A DNA stretch of 64,000 nucleotides from Macrostomum lignano (Eukaryota): contig NIVC01002281.1 in assembly GCA_002269645.1 (NCBI GenBank), forward strand, positions 62,001-126,000, written 5' to 3'. Under the pieces are notes generated by a model that did no database searches, was not told the origin of the DNA, and saw only the letters and a program-made list of their open reading frames with translations. The position numbers were made by a program, and so were the translations under genes. Of this stretch, positions 1-14,535 are shown piece by piece (the stretch's first letter is position 1; the number at the start of each line of letters is the position of its first letter).

Positions 1-715
1 TATCGCCCTTTCTCTGTCATAATAAAATAACAACAAAAAGGAAGACACAAGCTGCTGCAACATGCACGAAAAGGGGGCCGCACTTTGTAACCAAGGAAGT
101 TTGATGGCTAGCGCGAGAGCTGATGGAACCGTTCGCTTTGGATGGCCTCTATTGAAGCGGCATTTAACTGATGATATATGCGCTATGCAGAGGCTGCCTG
201 CCAGAGTTGTGGGGGCAGGCACAGGAAAGGATTAAGTCCCCCTGTTTGATGCATTAGGGGCTAATTGGTGCGGACAAGGATCGCGGATGAGTCAAGTGGC
301 CCGCGCCCCTAGAGCCTGGGCGCATGGAAAGTGCACGGTAGAGGATAGAAAGGCCTGCTATCCAAATCGCTTTAGTTTCTTGGGGATGGGTATTTGTCGG
401 CTGAGGAATCTCTTTTAGAGAGAATAGAGGGTGAATGCATGCCGTCTGTAGTCTGCCGGCTTGAAGATTTGCCTGGTGAGGTGAAGAGCCTTAGTACCTC
501 TAACCCGGCTGGCTTAGAAAAGCTGGCAATGCCATCGTTGAATTGTTCACCAAAATTGTTTCCTTCTATTTTTCCGGCTTTATTTCTCTCCTAGCTGCGA
601 TACTAGGGAATATGAATATTGGTTATTGCAACTGGAAATTACAGAGCGGGGTCGGAGACAAGGTGAGAGTGAGACCCTGAGTTCATGCGGCTAGCTGTTG
701 CGCCTTTGCGCAGAG

Positions 716-2285
716 CGGGGATCAGGGAGACAAGATAGGCAGTGGATCAGGGAGACAAGATAGGCAGTGGATCAGGGAGACAAGATAGGCAGTGAATCAG
801 GGAGACAAGATAGGCAGTGGATCAGGGAGACAAGTAGGCAGTGGATCAGGGAGACAAGATAGGCAGTGGATCAGGGAGACAAGATAGGCAGTGGATCAGG
901 GAGACAAGGGAGGCAGCGGATCAGGGAGACAAGGGAGGCAGCGGATCAGGGAGACAAGATTAGGCAGCGGATCAGGGAGACAAGATAGGCAGCGGATCAG
1001 GGAGACAAGATAGGCAGCGGATCAGGGAGACAAGATTAGGCAGCGGATCAGGGAGACAGCGGATCACGGAGACAAGATAGGCAGCGGATCACGGAGACAA
1101 GATAGGCTGCGGATTAGGGAGACAAGATAGGCAGCGGATCAGGGAGACAAGATAGGCAGCGGATCAGGGAGACAAGATAGGCAGCGGATCACGGAGACAA
1201 GATGGGCAGCGGATCACGGAGACAAGATAGGCAGCGGATCACGGAGACAAGATAGGCAGCGGATCAGGGAGACAAGATAGGCAGCGGATCACGGAGACAA
1301 GATAGGCAGCGGATTAGGGAGACAAGATAGGCAGCGGATCACGGAGACAAGATAGGCAGCGGATCACGGAGACAAGATAGGCAGCGGATCACGGAGACAA
1401 GATAGGCAGCGGATCAGGGAGACAAGGGAGGCAGCGGATCAGGGAGACAAGATAGGCAGCGGATCAGGGAGACAAGATAGGCAGCGGATCAGGGAGACAA
1501 GGGAGGCAGCGGATCAGGGAGACAAGATAGGCAGCGGATCACGGAGACAAGATAGGCAGCGGATCAGGGAGACAAGATAGGCAGCGGATCAGGGAGACAA
1601 GGGAGGCAGCGGATCAGGGAGACAAGATAGGCAGCGGATCAGGGAGACAAGGGAGGCAGCGGATCAGGGAGACAAGATAGGCAGCGGATCAGGGAGACAA
1701 GATAGGCAGTGGATCAGGGAGACAAGGGAGGCAGCGGATCAGGGAGACAAGATAGGCAGCGGATCAGGGAGACAAGATAGGCTGCGGATTAGGGAGACAA
1801 GATAGGCAGCGGATCAGGGAGACAAGATAGGCAGCGGATCACGGAGACAAGATAGGCAGCGGATCACGGAGACAAGATAGGCAGCGGATCACGGAGACAA
1901 GATAGGCAGCGGATTAGGGAGACAAGATAGGCAGCGGATCACGGAGACAAGATAGGCAGCGGATCACGGAGACAAGATAGGCAGCGGATCAGGGAGACAA
2001 GATAGGCAGCGGATCAGGGAGACAAGGGAGGCAGCGGATCAGGGAGACAAGGGAGGCAGCGGATCAGGGAGACAAGATAGGCAGTGGATCAGGGAGACAA
2101 GATAGGCAGCGGATCAGGGAGACAAGATAGGCAGCGGATCACGGAGACAAGATAGGCAGCGGATCAGGGAGACAAGATAGGCAGCGGATCAGGGAGACAA
2201 GATAGGCAGCGGATCACGGAGACAAGATAGGCAGCGGATCACGGAGACAAGATAGGCAGCGGATCACGGAGACAAGATAGGCAGG
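716..2285. repeat. 25-bp minisatellite (CGGATCAGGGAGACAAGATAGGCAG)n, about 62 copies
   Basis: Unit read directly. Recurring variants CAGGG/CACGG, GATAG/GGGAG and GCAGT/GCAGC. Confidence 0.97.
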
Positions 2286-3771
2286 ATCAAATGTCTGAAT
2301 TTGCGGCTCTGTCAGGCTGATAAAGGGCTGGATGGCAAGTTCAATGATAAGCACAGAATGATACGAAATGGCGAGACAGAGCAACGGGCCGGACGCCGGA
2401 GACGGCTTCAAATCCGTTCCCTTCCCTAATTAATAATTAATTTTTCCTTGATCGATACGAGATATCCGCTTATTGGAGTTCTCAGCAGGGAAGACGCCCA
2501 TCTGCTGGCTGCACAGACTACTTAGTGGCTGATAAAACAGGCACTTATAAACTGTTTGACATCGAATCAGTGCCTATGAGAGAGATTGAATTCCCTCTTA
2601 GAGGAGTTTCAGGGGGTCTTTAAGATTTTCTGACAATTCCTATCGTACAGTAGCCAACAGGCTAGCAAAAGGCTGCATTCCCAAAAGTGAAAGGCAGCGA
2701 AAAAAAGATTGGTCAGAAAAACTGATGGGAGCTTTTCGCGACAGAAATCCCCAAATTTACTATTCCCGGCTAGTTTTCCCTCTTAAGATCCACTCACTCG
2801 CTGGGAAGTGGGGACTTGAGGGGATTGGCGAACCCCCCCGCTGTTCCGGTCCTGACCTCGAATGGCATCGAGAATTTCCCACGGGATGGAGCTGGAGAGA
2901 GTCTGGGGGCTGCTGGGGACTCACCGGCGATTAAGGAGGAGGGCAAACACCCCATCCGCATATTCGTACCTTTCGGAGAGTCTATATGCAGTACTGGTCT
3001 GTTAGCCATGACTGCAGCCAGCCCCCCCCTGTGAGTCCGATTTTGCACTGCTTGAGTTCCAGCTGAACCGGTTTACCCAATCTCCACCCTAACAAGAGGG
3101 CTGGCCAGCGTCCATCGCGACCTTTGCCCACCACCAACCGGGAAGGGATCGAGTGGCCTGAGTAATATTTTGGAGAAGGATTTGGAGAGCCCCAACCCTC
3201 TGATCCCAAAACCGCTTGAAACGCGCAGGAGAATTTGTTTTCAACTCTTCCTATCCCAGCCTCCAAGGCTAATTTGTTGCCGGTCTTTTCAACTATTCTC
3301 CTTTTTCTCCTCCAGGCAAAGAAAAGAAAAAAGGAAAGAGAGGAGAAATCGAGAGGCCGCGACGCGCACACAAAGGCGACCCGGCCCGGGGGGCCCAAGC
3401 TACTCAAAGCTTAAAAAGCGGCTGAACTGCCGACCAAAAATACAACACGAAATTCAGCGGGTAGGCAGCAACCCTCGCCCCCCAAAAAATGGGGAAAGGG
3501 AAGGAGAGGAAGGCACGGGCTGGGAATCAGCAGATCCTTATCGTCGATCCCCTCTCCCTACCAGCAGTGCTGGCCAGTTCAGAACCAAAGCAAATCCGCT
3601 CTTTTTCGTTTTAAACCCCTCCTCGATTGTGCACTTTCACCTCTTCTTCCCCGGGGCATGACGAGGCGACTCTTTTTGATCTGGGGAAAATTTGCCTCAT
3701 TTTTTCCTTGCTTTATTTGTATTGCCTGCAAAAAAATTCAAAAAATGTCTGTTTGTCTGTCTGGCTTTAGT

Positions 3772-4745
3772 CGTAGTGTCCAGCGTCCCCTCGGGTAACC
3801 AGGGTAATCTCGTTATTCTGTAGTGTCCGGGATGAAGCTGCATCACTCAGGTGACACCAAGGTAACCTGGTCACTTTGTAGTGTCCGGGATGAATCTACA
3901 TCACTCAGGTGACACCAAGGTAATCTGGTCACTCTATAGTGTCCGGGATGAAGCTGCATCACTCAGGTGACAACAAGGTAATCTGGTCACTCTATAGTGT
4001 CCGGGATGAAGCTGCATCACTCAGGTGACACCAAGGTAATCTGGTCACTCTATAGTGTCCGGGATGAAGCTGCATCACTCAGGTGACAACAAGGTAATCT
4101 GGTCACTCTATAGTGTCCGGGATGAAGCTGCATCACTCAGGTGACACCAAGGTAATCTGGTCACTCTATAGTGTCCGGGATGAAGCTGCATCACTCAGGT
4201 GACACAAAGGTAATCTGGTCACTCTGTAGTGTCCGGGATGAAGCTGCATCACTCAGGTGACAACAAGGTAATCTGGTCACTCTGTAGTGTCCGGGATGAA
4301 GCTGCATCACTCAGGTGACACCAAGGTAAACTGGACACTCTGTAGTGTCCGGGATGAATCTACATCACTCAGGTGACACCAAGGTAAACTGGACACTTTG
4401 TAGTGTCCGGGATGAATCTACATCACTCAGGTGACACCAAGGTAAACTGGACACTTTGTAGTGTCCGGGATGAATCTACATCACTCAGGTGACACCAAGG
4501 TAATCTGGTCACTCTATAGTGTCCGGGATGAAGCTGCATCACTCAGGTGAAAACAAGGTAATCTGGTCACTCTATAGTGTCCGGGATGAAGCTGCATCAC
4601 TCAGGTGACACCAAGGTAATCTGGTCACTCTGTAGTGTCCGGGATGAAGCTGCATCACTCAGGTGACACCAAGGTAACCTGGACACTCTGTAGTGTCCGG
4701 GATGAAGCTGCATCACTCAGGTGACCAAGGTGACCAGATGACCAT
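3772..4745. repeat. 58-bp minisatellite, about 16 copies
   Basis: TAGTGTCCGG recurs at 3821, 3879 and 3937 (period 58). The unit contains two short hairpins: GATG-aagctg-CATC and GTGAC(A)CCA...TGGTCAC. Confidence 0.97.
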
Positions 4746-5154
4746 GAGTCTACATCCCGTCAGTTTGCAGTATTGATGTAGCATAAATACAGCATCCCTG
4801 TTATCACTACAGTTGTACTATATGGATTACAATGGAAAACAGCCGCAGTTACAACTAGAAATAATAGCCATGCGGAACTGTTCATTCAATCTTTCAAGAT
4901 TGATGGCGGATTTCGGCCAACTAGCGAGGTGAATATTCTGGCGAATTCCTTTGCTTTGAAAGGCTTCAAAAGTTAGGTAGCTATGTAGCAGAGATTCGGT
5001 ATTGGCTGGGGCGCCTTCCCCGTTTTTGGCGCTATTGATATCCCAGAAACTGCCAGAACCCCCTTTCTACTAGACCAAGTCAGACTGTAGAAAAAATGTA
5101 ACAATGAGTTATCTTTAAGAAGCGTGATTGAAAGGCTTTTGAATTGTTAAACGG

Positions 5155-5955
5155 AGACGAATATGGAATGAAGGAAGGCGAATAGGGAATGAAGGGAGAC
5201 GAATAGGGAATGAAGGGAGACGAATAGGGAATGAAGGGAGACGAATAGGGAATGAAGGGAGACGAATAGGGAATGAAGGGAGGCGAATAGGGAATGAAGG
5301 GAGACGAATAGGGAATGAAGGGAGACGAATAGGGAATGAAGGGAGGCGAATAGGGAATGAAGGGAGACGAATAGGGAATGAAGGGAGACGAATAGGGAAT
5401 GAAGGGAGGCGATAGGGAATGAAGGGAGACGAATAGGGAATGAAGGGAGGCGATAGGGAATGAAGGGAGACGAATAGGGAATGAAGGGAGGCGATAGGGA
5501 ATGAAGGGAGGCGAATAGGGAATAAAGGGAGACGAATAGGGAATGAAGGGAGACGAATAGGGAATGAAGGGAGGCGATAGGGAATGAAGGGAGACGAATA
5601 GGGAATGAAGGAAGGCGAATAGGGAATGAAGGGAGACGAATAGGGAATGAAGGGAGACGAATAGGGAATGAAGGGAGACGAATAGGGAATGAAGGGAGGC
5701 GAATAGGGAATGAAGGGAGACGAATAGGGAATGAAGGGAGGCGAATAGGGAATGAAGGGAGGCGAATAGGGAATGAAGGGAGACGAATAGGGAATGAAGG
5801 GAGACGAATAGGGAATGAAGGGAGGCGATAGGGAATGAAGGGAGACGAATAGGGAATGAAGGGAGACGAATAGGGAATGAAGGGAGGCGAATAGGGAATG
5901 AAGGGAGGCGAATAGGGAATGAAGAGAGGCGATAGGGAATGAAGGGAGACGAGTA
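5155..5955. repeat. 21-bp purine-rich minisatellite (GAATAGGGAATGAAGGGAGAC)n, about 38 copies
   Basis: Unit read directly. It explains the three overlapping ~300-aa ORFs on the minus strand. Confidence 0.97.
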
Positions 5956-6769
5956 GGGGTTGAAGAAAGATGGAGACAAAAGCAGATGAGGGGATATAAA
6001 CGGATGAAAAGTAGTGAAAGAGGATTAAATGCAAAGTTTGCCAAAGACCGTTTCAGTGGGCCGGCGGTTTAAGCAGAGCACCGCATGTCCGGTGAGATTT
6101 TCAAAAGCGATGATAGCAACTAAAGCGCCTCATTGTAACGATGATTGGGGATTTATATCAGGCTGCCGTAAATCCTGTTTCGCTTCTTCCTTTCCACCTC
6201 TCCCAAGTCTGCCTTCTCCGGATTCGAAACAGTGCACCTGATGCAGCACGCGTGCAGTATCCCCCCAGGACAGCCCTTCGACGGCCTCCAGCCTTCCCAG
6301 CCTCAGCTGCCGTCCGTCTCTTCCCACTCTTTCGCTCTTTTCCCAGGACTCTCCCTTTTCCTCCCGTAGCCCTCGTCGAAGATTTCCACGGCTGATACGC
6401 GGCCGGGGCCCCCTGCGTGCAATAACGCATTATGGGAGGGCATCTCGGAATTGGCCGACCGCCGCCTGAGAGAGCGAGCGGCATCGCTGGGAGAGAGGGG
6501 GAGGAGATTCCCGGGGGAAGATGGGGGCCGAATATCAGATTCCGAGTCTAATTAAATCTATGCGGCAAGTCTTCCTGAAGAAATACTCCACTGTTAATAC
6601 TTAGAGATTCCCCTGTCTGCATGGCATTCCACCTCACTACTGATGATCTGGAGCTGCTCAAACTGTACTCTGGGGGCCTCGCCTGGCATCTGCATCGGCT
6701 GTCCGGGGAGGCTGAGTCACTGGGTCTGTTTGAGGGTTGAGGCTACGAAAGTTAAAAGGGTGAAAGGCG

Positions 6770-6885
6770 AAGGGGAAGGGTGAATGGTTTGGGGTGAAGG
6801 ATCAAATGTGAAGGGCGAGGGGTGAAGGGCGAGGGGCGATTGGTGAAGGGTGAAGGGCGATAGATGAAGGGTGAAGGATGAAAGG
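6770..6885. repeat. short degenerate GGGTGAAGGGCGA-like repeat
   Basis: Several imperfect GGTGAAGG cores immediately before the hexamer array. Confidence 0.7.
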
Positions 6886-6889
6886 CAAT

Positions 6890-7765
6890 AGTCACAGAGC
6901 CACAGAGCCACAGCCATAGCCACAGCCACAGACACAGCCACAGACACAGACACAGCCACAGACACAGACACAGTCACAGCCACAGCCACAGCCACAGCCA
7001 CAGCCACAGCCACAGCCACAGCCACAGACACAGACACAGCCACAGTAACAGCCACAGCCACAGACACAGCCACAGACACAGCCACAGTCACAGCCACAGA
7101 CACAGACACAGCCACAGACACAGCCACAGACACAGACACAGTCACAGCCACAGCCACAGCCACAGCCACAGCCACAGCCACAGACACAGCCACAGACACA
7201 GACACAGACACAGCCATAGTAACAGCCACAGACACAGACACAGACACAGACACAGTCACAGCCACAGCCACAGCCACAGCCACAGCCACAGCCACAGACA
7301 CAGACACAGCCACAGACACAGACACAGCCATAGTAACAGCCACAGACACAGACACAGACACAGCCACAGACACAGACACAGCCACAGACACAGACACAGC
7401 CATAGTAACAGCCACAGACACAGACACAGCCACAGACACAGACACAGCCACAGCCACAGACACAGACACAGACACAGACACAGACACAGACACAGACACA
7501 GCCACAGACACAGACATAGACACAGCCACAGCCACAGACACAGACACAGCCACAGACACAGACACAGACACAGCCACAGCCACAGACACAGACACAGACA
7601 CAGACACAGCCACAGCCACAGACACAGACACAGCCACAGACACAGACACAGACACAGACACAGACACAGCCACAGACACAGACACAGACACAGCCACAGC
7701 CACAGACACAGACACAGCCACAGACACAGCCACAGCCACAGACACAGACACAGCCACAGTCACCA
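6890..7765. repeat. compound hexamer microsatellite (CACAGC/CACAGA)n
   Basis: Read directly. It produces the (VS/VA)n and (CV/CG)n ORFs. Confidence 0.97.
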
Positions 7766-9984
7766 GCTGTATCCATGGCACAGTTGTTATCATTAGCAGC
7801 TCAATGCAAGAACTTCTCTACTCCGCTAGCGCTGCTCAGCCAGTAGTAGGGATATACACGAGCGTATTCAGCACATATTTAATCCATATTGAGCAAGTCG
7901 CGTGAGCTACCAGACTTATGGCAGGCACATGGCCGGGTGGCACTGCACGAACGAGTCCGAAGGGCCCATCTCTTTCGGCCGCAGAAATTACGGGCCTCCC
8001 TCTCACCCGGATTAGCAGAATCTCCTGCCCGCCAAACCTCCATCTCATGATTTGTGAGCCCCCCTCGCCCGAAGAAAAGTGACATTTCCTTTGCGTAATT
8101 GCCATGCAGAAGAAGCCCGGCCATCCAACTAGCCACGAGGGTGCGGGGCTCGCGACCCGAGCTGAAACCTCTAGCGGCTCTCTCTCAGAGTGAGGGAGAG
8201 AGAGGCAAAATGATTGGCACTAAGAGAAGGAGGGGATTAATGAAGTAAGAGAAACCCCGGGGGGGGGTCACCCATGGCTTGGCATCCAGTAGAGCTCACT
8301 AAAGTTCAGCAATAGTTGAACCACTGCTGAGGCTTCGTCATCAGCTCAAGCTTCCAAAACGCGGTTGGGCCATTGTTCCCGTAAATTTGTAATAAACTTG
8401 GCAGTTAGCCAATGCCGCTGAATCCCTTTATGGCTATGCACAGTCTATTCTACCTGGGCGATGGCAGGGAACCTAATTACCTACTGGGTTTTGAGATTCA
8501 GAGGCCTCTCTACCCGGAATGGGCCGCTATACAATGCAGAATGCAGAACAGTCAATCCACTGACCTCTCTGTCACTACGCTTGTAGATGAGAATGAGAAA
8601 CGCGAAACTATTTGTGTTGAATGATTTCTTCTAGCAGAAGACCGCGAGTTGAGCAATCCGACTGTCAAGATGCGTTCATGTCAGGTCGTGATTCTTCTAT
8701 GGTTGGCTCCGTTTGCTCAGCACAGATAGGCTTGGTGATCCTTCTTTCGTTTTCACGTGCGTTTCTGTGCGTTTCGCTTGTTCTCTTTTTACGGCTTGCC
8801 CCTCAAGTTGCGGTCGCGCGCGCGTTTTCGGCCAGTTCTGCCCCCGCGGCACTGGGGGGTGGGGGAGATTATTTTTGACGGACGCAAGTGGCCGATTGGC
8901 TTGCGGACGTATAGGAGGCTGGCTGGCTGGCTGGCTGGGCTGGCTTGGGCGAGGGCTTGGCAGATGCACGCGCCCACTGCTGCTACTGCGGTAGCTGGGG
9001 GCAGACTGGGGGCAGCTAGTGTTGCAGGGCGGCAGTTGCTATTGCCTAACGCGCTGAGCCGGTAAGCAATACTACAGGGCGGAAGAGGAGCGGTTAAGCC
9101 TGGGGTTGGCTTGGGGTGAGGTGGAATAGGTGACAAGAGGCGCGCTCTTGTATTAGAGGCCCCCTTTCTTTCCCTTGTTCTTCTTTTGCCTTCTTCCTTT
9201 GCCAATCGCTTCTTTCAGTCAGTCCCGGGGGCCCGATAGAAGTCCCTGGACCGGCCGGCCCGCTTGTTTCGGCTCCAGTGGCAGCTGCGCAGCTGCAGGC
9301 CCCGGCTGTGCTAGAAGTGTCCGAGAGGCCCGGCCAGTAAAGCAATTAGGATAGCTGACTGGCTCTGCTTCTTCTGCCTTGCTTTTCTCTTTCTTCCGTG
9401 TTTCTTTTGAGGGGGGGAGGGAGGGGAGAATCTGTTTTTAGTTCGCTTATTATCGGAGCAAGCAGCTGGCCGATCGGCTCGGTCGTTAATTTTGCCAGCA
9501 ATTGGCTTATCTACTTCAGTACAATTTTCAAGACTTTCGAATGGCTGTTTGGTTTCTTTCACAGATACTTTTCAACGAAGACTTGTAGGAAACAAGAGTA
9601 AATTTAGGCCTTAAAAATACGAGCTCTGCATAGCCGCTCCCCATTTCAGGAAGCAGGCTTATTGGCCCAGAGAGCGAGAGTACGAGAAAGCAAAAAAAAC
9701 GCCTAAGCGAGAGAGAGGTAAGTAAACCCCCCCCCCCTCGGACTGGACTCATGGCTTTAAGCGGGGACGTCGAAATTTTGGTTGCTAAGCAAAGACTTCA
9801 GAGATTATATTGAGACTCCTTAAGATCGTGGAACAGACGCGAGAGGGAGGGATAGAGAGAGAGAGAGACGGGGAGCGAGGGAGAGGTCACCAACCGAGAA
9901 GGGTTACTGGGGGCCAAGCCTAAACGGTGCGCCTCCGTCTGGCTTCTGCCAGCAGTGCGAATCTGTGAACAGGGCCGGTTTCGG

Positions 9985-10022
<38 letters not shown>

Positions 10023-10669
10023 TGGGTGGTGGAGGGGATCAGGGGGGGTAAGGCGAAATTGGCGCTAGGAAGTCGAGAAGAGAAATTGAGGGATCTGACT
10101 AGACAGGCCCCGCAGAGGGACACACCACACACCTGGCACTTTCGGCCCCTGTCCGCACTGCAGCACCCAGCTTAACCCGAAACGGCTGCTAGCAGAATAA
10201 GCCCAGGCCGGTGCCGCGTGTATTTGGGGGGGGGGCGGGAGCAATTTTTGTTAGTCAGAACCAAAAGAAGGCAGTTTCTGTGTGCCTGTCCTTGCGTCCA
10301 GTTGCGCTATAGCGTAGTTTAGGCGCAACAGTTTGCGCGGCACAGGCACAGGGGCCAACAGAGTCAAGAAGCTGCATGCTGATGCTTTTTTTCCATTTCG
10401 TCGGGAGAATTCACCTATTTTTTTCTACAGATGGGATGAAAAGGGCTGCAGAGTGAGGGGGTGTAAAAATTGCTACAAAAATTGCACGAGCCGCCAGGCA
10501 AAACGTTTTTGCAGCCTTCAGAGCGCGCTGGAATGCCAATAAAGACATGGGAATGACGTAGCGGGCGACTTTTTGGATTTTGGCTACGATAAATTGAGTT
10601 GGAAAAGCACTTTCTCACCTACGGCACGGCCCTCATGGCAACAAAAACAAAGTACGCCCACCAAACTGT

Positions 10670-11250
10670 CCTCACGCAGGACACGGTCCTCACGCAGGAC
10701 ACGGTCCTCACACAGGACACGGTCCTCACACAGGACACGGTCCTCACACAGGACATGGTCCTCACACAGGACATGGTCCTCACAGGACACGGTCCTCAAA
10801 CAGGACACGGTCCTCACACACGGCACTGTCCTCACCCACGGCACAGTCTCACCCACGGCACAGTCTCACCCACGGCACTGTCCTCACCCACGGCACAGTC
10901 TCACCCACGGCACTGTCCTCACCCACGGCACTGTCCTCACCCACGGCACAGTCTCACCCACGGCACAGTCTCACCCACACTGTCTCACCCACAGCACTGT
11001 CCTCACCCACGGCACAGTCTCACCCACAGCACTGTCTCACCCACGGCACAGTCTCACCCACGGCACTGTCCTCACCCACGGCACTCAGTCCTCACCCACG
11101 GCACTGTCCTCACCCACGGCACAGTCTCACCACAGCACTGTCCTCACCCACGGCACAGTCTCACTCACAGCACTGTCCTCACCCACGGCTCAGTCTCACC
11201 CACAGCACTGTCCTCACCCACGGCACTGTCCTCACCCACGGCTCAGTCTC
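10670..11250. repeat. ~18-bp minisatellite (CTCACCCACGGCACTGTC)n, grading from a CTCACGCAGGACACGGTC variant at the left
   Basis: Unit read directly; about 30 imperfect copies. Confidence 0.93.
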
Positions 11251-12438
11251 ACGATCACAATGCCGACCCATAGTTCAATAACATAACTGAGGCACTTCAC
11301 TTCAGGACTTGAAATCCATCCAAGACCTTCTCCCCCGAGGTCAAAAGTGCGTGAGAGAACTTGCTCAAGGGTAGCCTTTCCATCCACTGCCCTCATGGAC
11401 CCGTAGGAAATTATTTTTGGCCCTCACGGGCACACAAAACGGCTGTGCAATCCGATCCAGCCGACACTAGAACCCTAAACGAATTGTCCCTAAGTCTCCA
11501 AACCCTTGTCAAAACCGGACCAACTGGGGCAGGAAAGTGAATAGAAAGAGAAGCAGGCAGAGCACGACCAAAAGAACACTGGCTGTGGCAACGAAGAGCC
11601 AGGAGGAAAAGAAGCTGAAGATCTCAGACGGTGTCCGGCTCCACACTTGGCTGAGTCAAGACAGAGAGAGATCGGAGAAGAGAGAGGCAGTCTCCCAGCG
11701 TCCCTACTCCCTTCTCCTCATCTCCTGCAGCATCATCCCTTTCAAAAACTTGTTCCCAGGCGCCTCAGCTCCTCCAGTCCCCAATCGGCTCGCGGGCCTT
11801 CTCTCTTGCCAACTGCTTCTGGTTTGCCACGCTCGCTTTGAGACCTAATCGAAAGTAAGTAATTCGATTGGAAGCCAGGGTGGCGGTGCAGGCGTGTCCC
11901 AACATGGAAGGAGGCCCTGTGCCGCGCCACTTTTGTGTGTCGTTTTCACCCATCACCCGCCGCCGCGCCGCCGCCGCCGCAGCCCTGCCCTCTCCGATCA
12001 TCTCTCAGCGCAGCACCGAGAACTGCTACCGACCCCCCCTCCCAAGCAAGCAAGAGAGCTCGGCATCGTTTGCGCACAGGGCTTACTACACTGAAGTTTT
12101 CCCATAATCCTAAGGCAAACTTTGATCAGCGGAGAGCCCCGACCGGCTCACTTCCCCGTCCCCTCGCGATGCCCTCGACTCGCTCGTCACACGAGGACCG
12201 AGAGAGCATTAGGGGATCGGGGCGGAGAGGGAGGCGCAGCATTTTCCCAACACGCTAATCCGGAGTAATGGGAGAGAACGTAACGGCTTTCAAATCTCAT
12301 CCTCTCTCAATAGTACTTCTGCATTCTCCAGCTCCCTGAAGTTGATCAGCCATCTGCAGCGTTGTCTGACTCTCGTCAATGTTCCCGAGTTCGGTTCCTT
12401 GCCGCGGCCATATTCATTTGGGGCTTGTTGCATGCAAA

Positions 12439-12760
12439 TTTTTAGTCAGAGTCAGGGGCTGTGTGCACCCTGGCGCACTGTAAGCGACATTGTCACACAG
12501 CCGGCGAGAGGCATTACTGCCCATTCCCCCGACTCCCCTGGGCAGGCACACACTCACACAGGAGTGTACAGCGGCCCTAACTTTACTTATAGTTAAGGCA
12601 TGTACACTTCACTGTGCCTTGGGGGTTGGCCCTCAATGGCGTTAATTGCCAAGCCGAGATTCCAATTCAGCCCAAATTAATGTGACTGCACTTGGAATCG
12701 AGCCTGGGCCGCTGGCACACCAGAGCGCCTCGCTGGACCACTGGGTTACGGCCCGCCCCC
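12439..12760 (-). mobile_element. tRNA-derived SINE, copy 1 (internally deleted)
   Basis: Colinear with the copies at 28389-28750 and 60791-61150. It lacks the segment between two GCAGGCA direct repeats, consistent with a microhomology-mediated deletion. Confidence 0.88.
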
Positions 12761-14535
12761 GTGCATGGAACTTGGCCTTCTAAATAATGATAGATTTGCT
12801 TGAAAAAAACTACCCTCAATAAAGTTTCTTACGCAACATATCGTCGATGTAATAATCGACATAGTGAAGTGACAAAAATGTCACAAGTTTTCTCTCACCC
12901 AGACTGTGTATCCGCAATGCAGTTGCACTTTTAGCTGGTCCTCATCCCATCTGCCGGCTGATCATTTTGCTGTAGCAGAAAAAAGCAGCAATCCGTGGAA
13001 CAATATTCTTATCGGCCGTTGCCACGCACGGGTCAGCAGCATAAACAAAGGCATTGGATCCGAGTTGACTCTTCGAAACGGGAGATAGGAAGATTGAGTG
13101 AGAGATGAGAGAGAAAGAGAGGGGCGGAGCTCTCGCACCAAGCAAAGAAGACTTAATCCGAAACAAATTACCCGACAAAATCCCCGACTTTCGAGGCAGT
13201 CTCTTTCGCAAAATTTTCCTTCCGATCCCACCCTCCACAATTTTTTGTAGTTTGCCGTCAGCCCTGAGAATTTCTGTGTTCTTCGTATTTTTCTATGTAC
13301 TAATGTAAAGCTTACAAGCCTTATTACCATAGACAAAATTTGCTGAAAACAAACTAAAGTATCAGAGGATGCCCTACGGCCCATAGACTATATTACCTAA
13401 GATTGGCCACTCCAGCCGCCTGGCGGCAGCGCAAAAACCCCGGGGTTTTGACCATAGACTGTAGCTTCTGCGGTAGCAGCTAGTGTCTGTGGCCCTAACC
13501 CAGCCGCTAAATACATTAGTTAAAGACACATGTACCGTATTATGTTACACATGCCATTCAGATCTTTACCGTTAAGCATGAAAACTGAGAAAGAGAGTTA
13601 ATGAGAGAGGTTGCTGCTGGCGCCCTTCTTTGTACCGAATCATCAACCTGATTGTCTTTTTCTGTCAATGTCTATGGGCAAGACCAAATCTGCTGCTGCC
13701 AAATGGCAATTCTCAATGGTGTACACCCAGTGCGCCTGAGCGAGAGTTGTAGTGAGTTGAGGTCAATTACCTTATCTAAGGGCAATCGGGTGACGGTTTT
13801 CAATGTTGTTGTGTATACTGTAAGTTAAAAAAATTGTGAAATCTGAAATTTAAAGCCAACTGACAAATTGATTTGAAGAAAGTCGGCTTGTCCTACACTT
13901 CACGCACACAAGGCCCAACCCCCAAGGCACAGAGAGTACACCTGTGATCTGCTATCTAACGGGACGCATAACCTTCTATGAATAATGTCAATAGAAACAG
14001 AGAGAAAACCGCATGGCTAGATGGTCCTATATGAGTCGATGAGGCTGCCAGTTTCCTCTTCCTTGCCCATAGCAAATAATAATTAGCCCCCCCCGCTGTG
14101 AGCTGTGCAGGTCTCCAGCTGGGCCACCTTTCGATTGCCCAGGTGAAGAAGAAACACATCGCGCCACCGGCATGCCAGCGAGATGAAGCTTAGCAGCAGC
14201 CAGCAGCAATCGATGCGGGCGCGCTGGACCGGCTCAGAGAGACCTCCGAGTATTGACGGACAGGTCCGGTCCTTCGACACCCCGGTACCACCAGGGATAG
14301 GGGAGAGCAGGTCGGGATTCGGGCCTGCAGGTTTTTTCACCTTCTCGAACTCTCTTCTGCGTTGCTTATGTTGTGAAGATTCAATAATGGATTGTTTTTC
14401 CCAACTGTAGGACGAACTGAGTAGCAAAATTGATGTAGCAAAGCAACAGGTTAATTAGCTTGCTAGGCCAGATCTATATGTTATGGAAAATTGCCAACTA
14501 CTGAGCTTGGGCTAGCTTGTTTGCTACTGTGAGTA

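Noticed and set aside
1-14500. Short GC-rich ORFs and possible decayed LINE fragments between the arrays (for example 1-700, 2300-3700, 4750-5150, 7800-10600)
   Set aside because: Manual translation gave no RT, endonuclease, integrase or other recognisable motif. A TE-library search could still find remnants.
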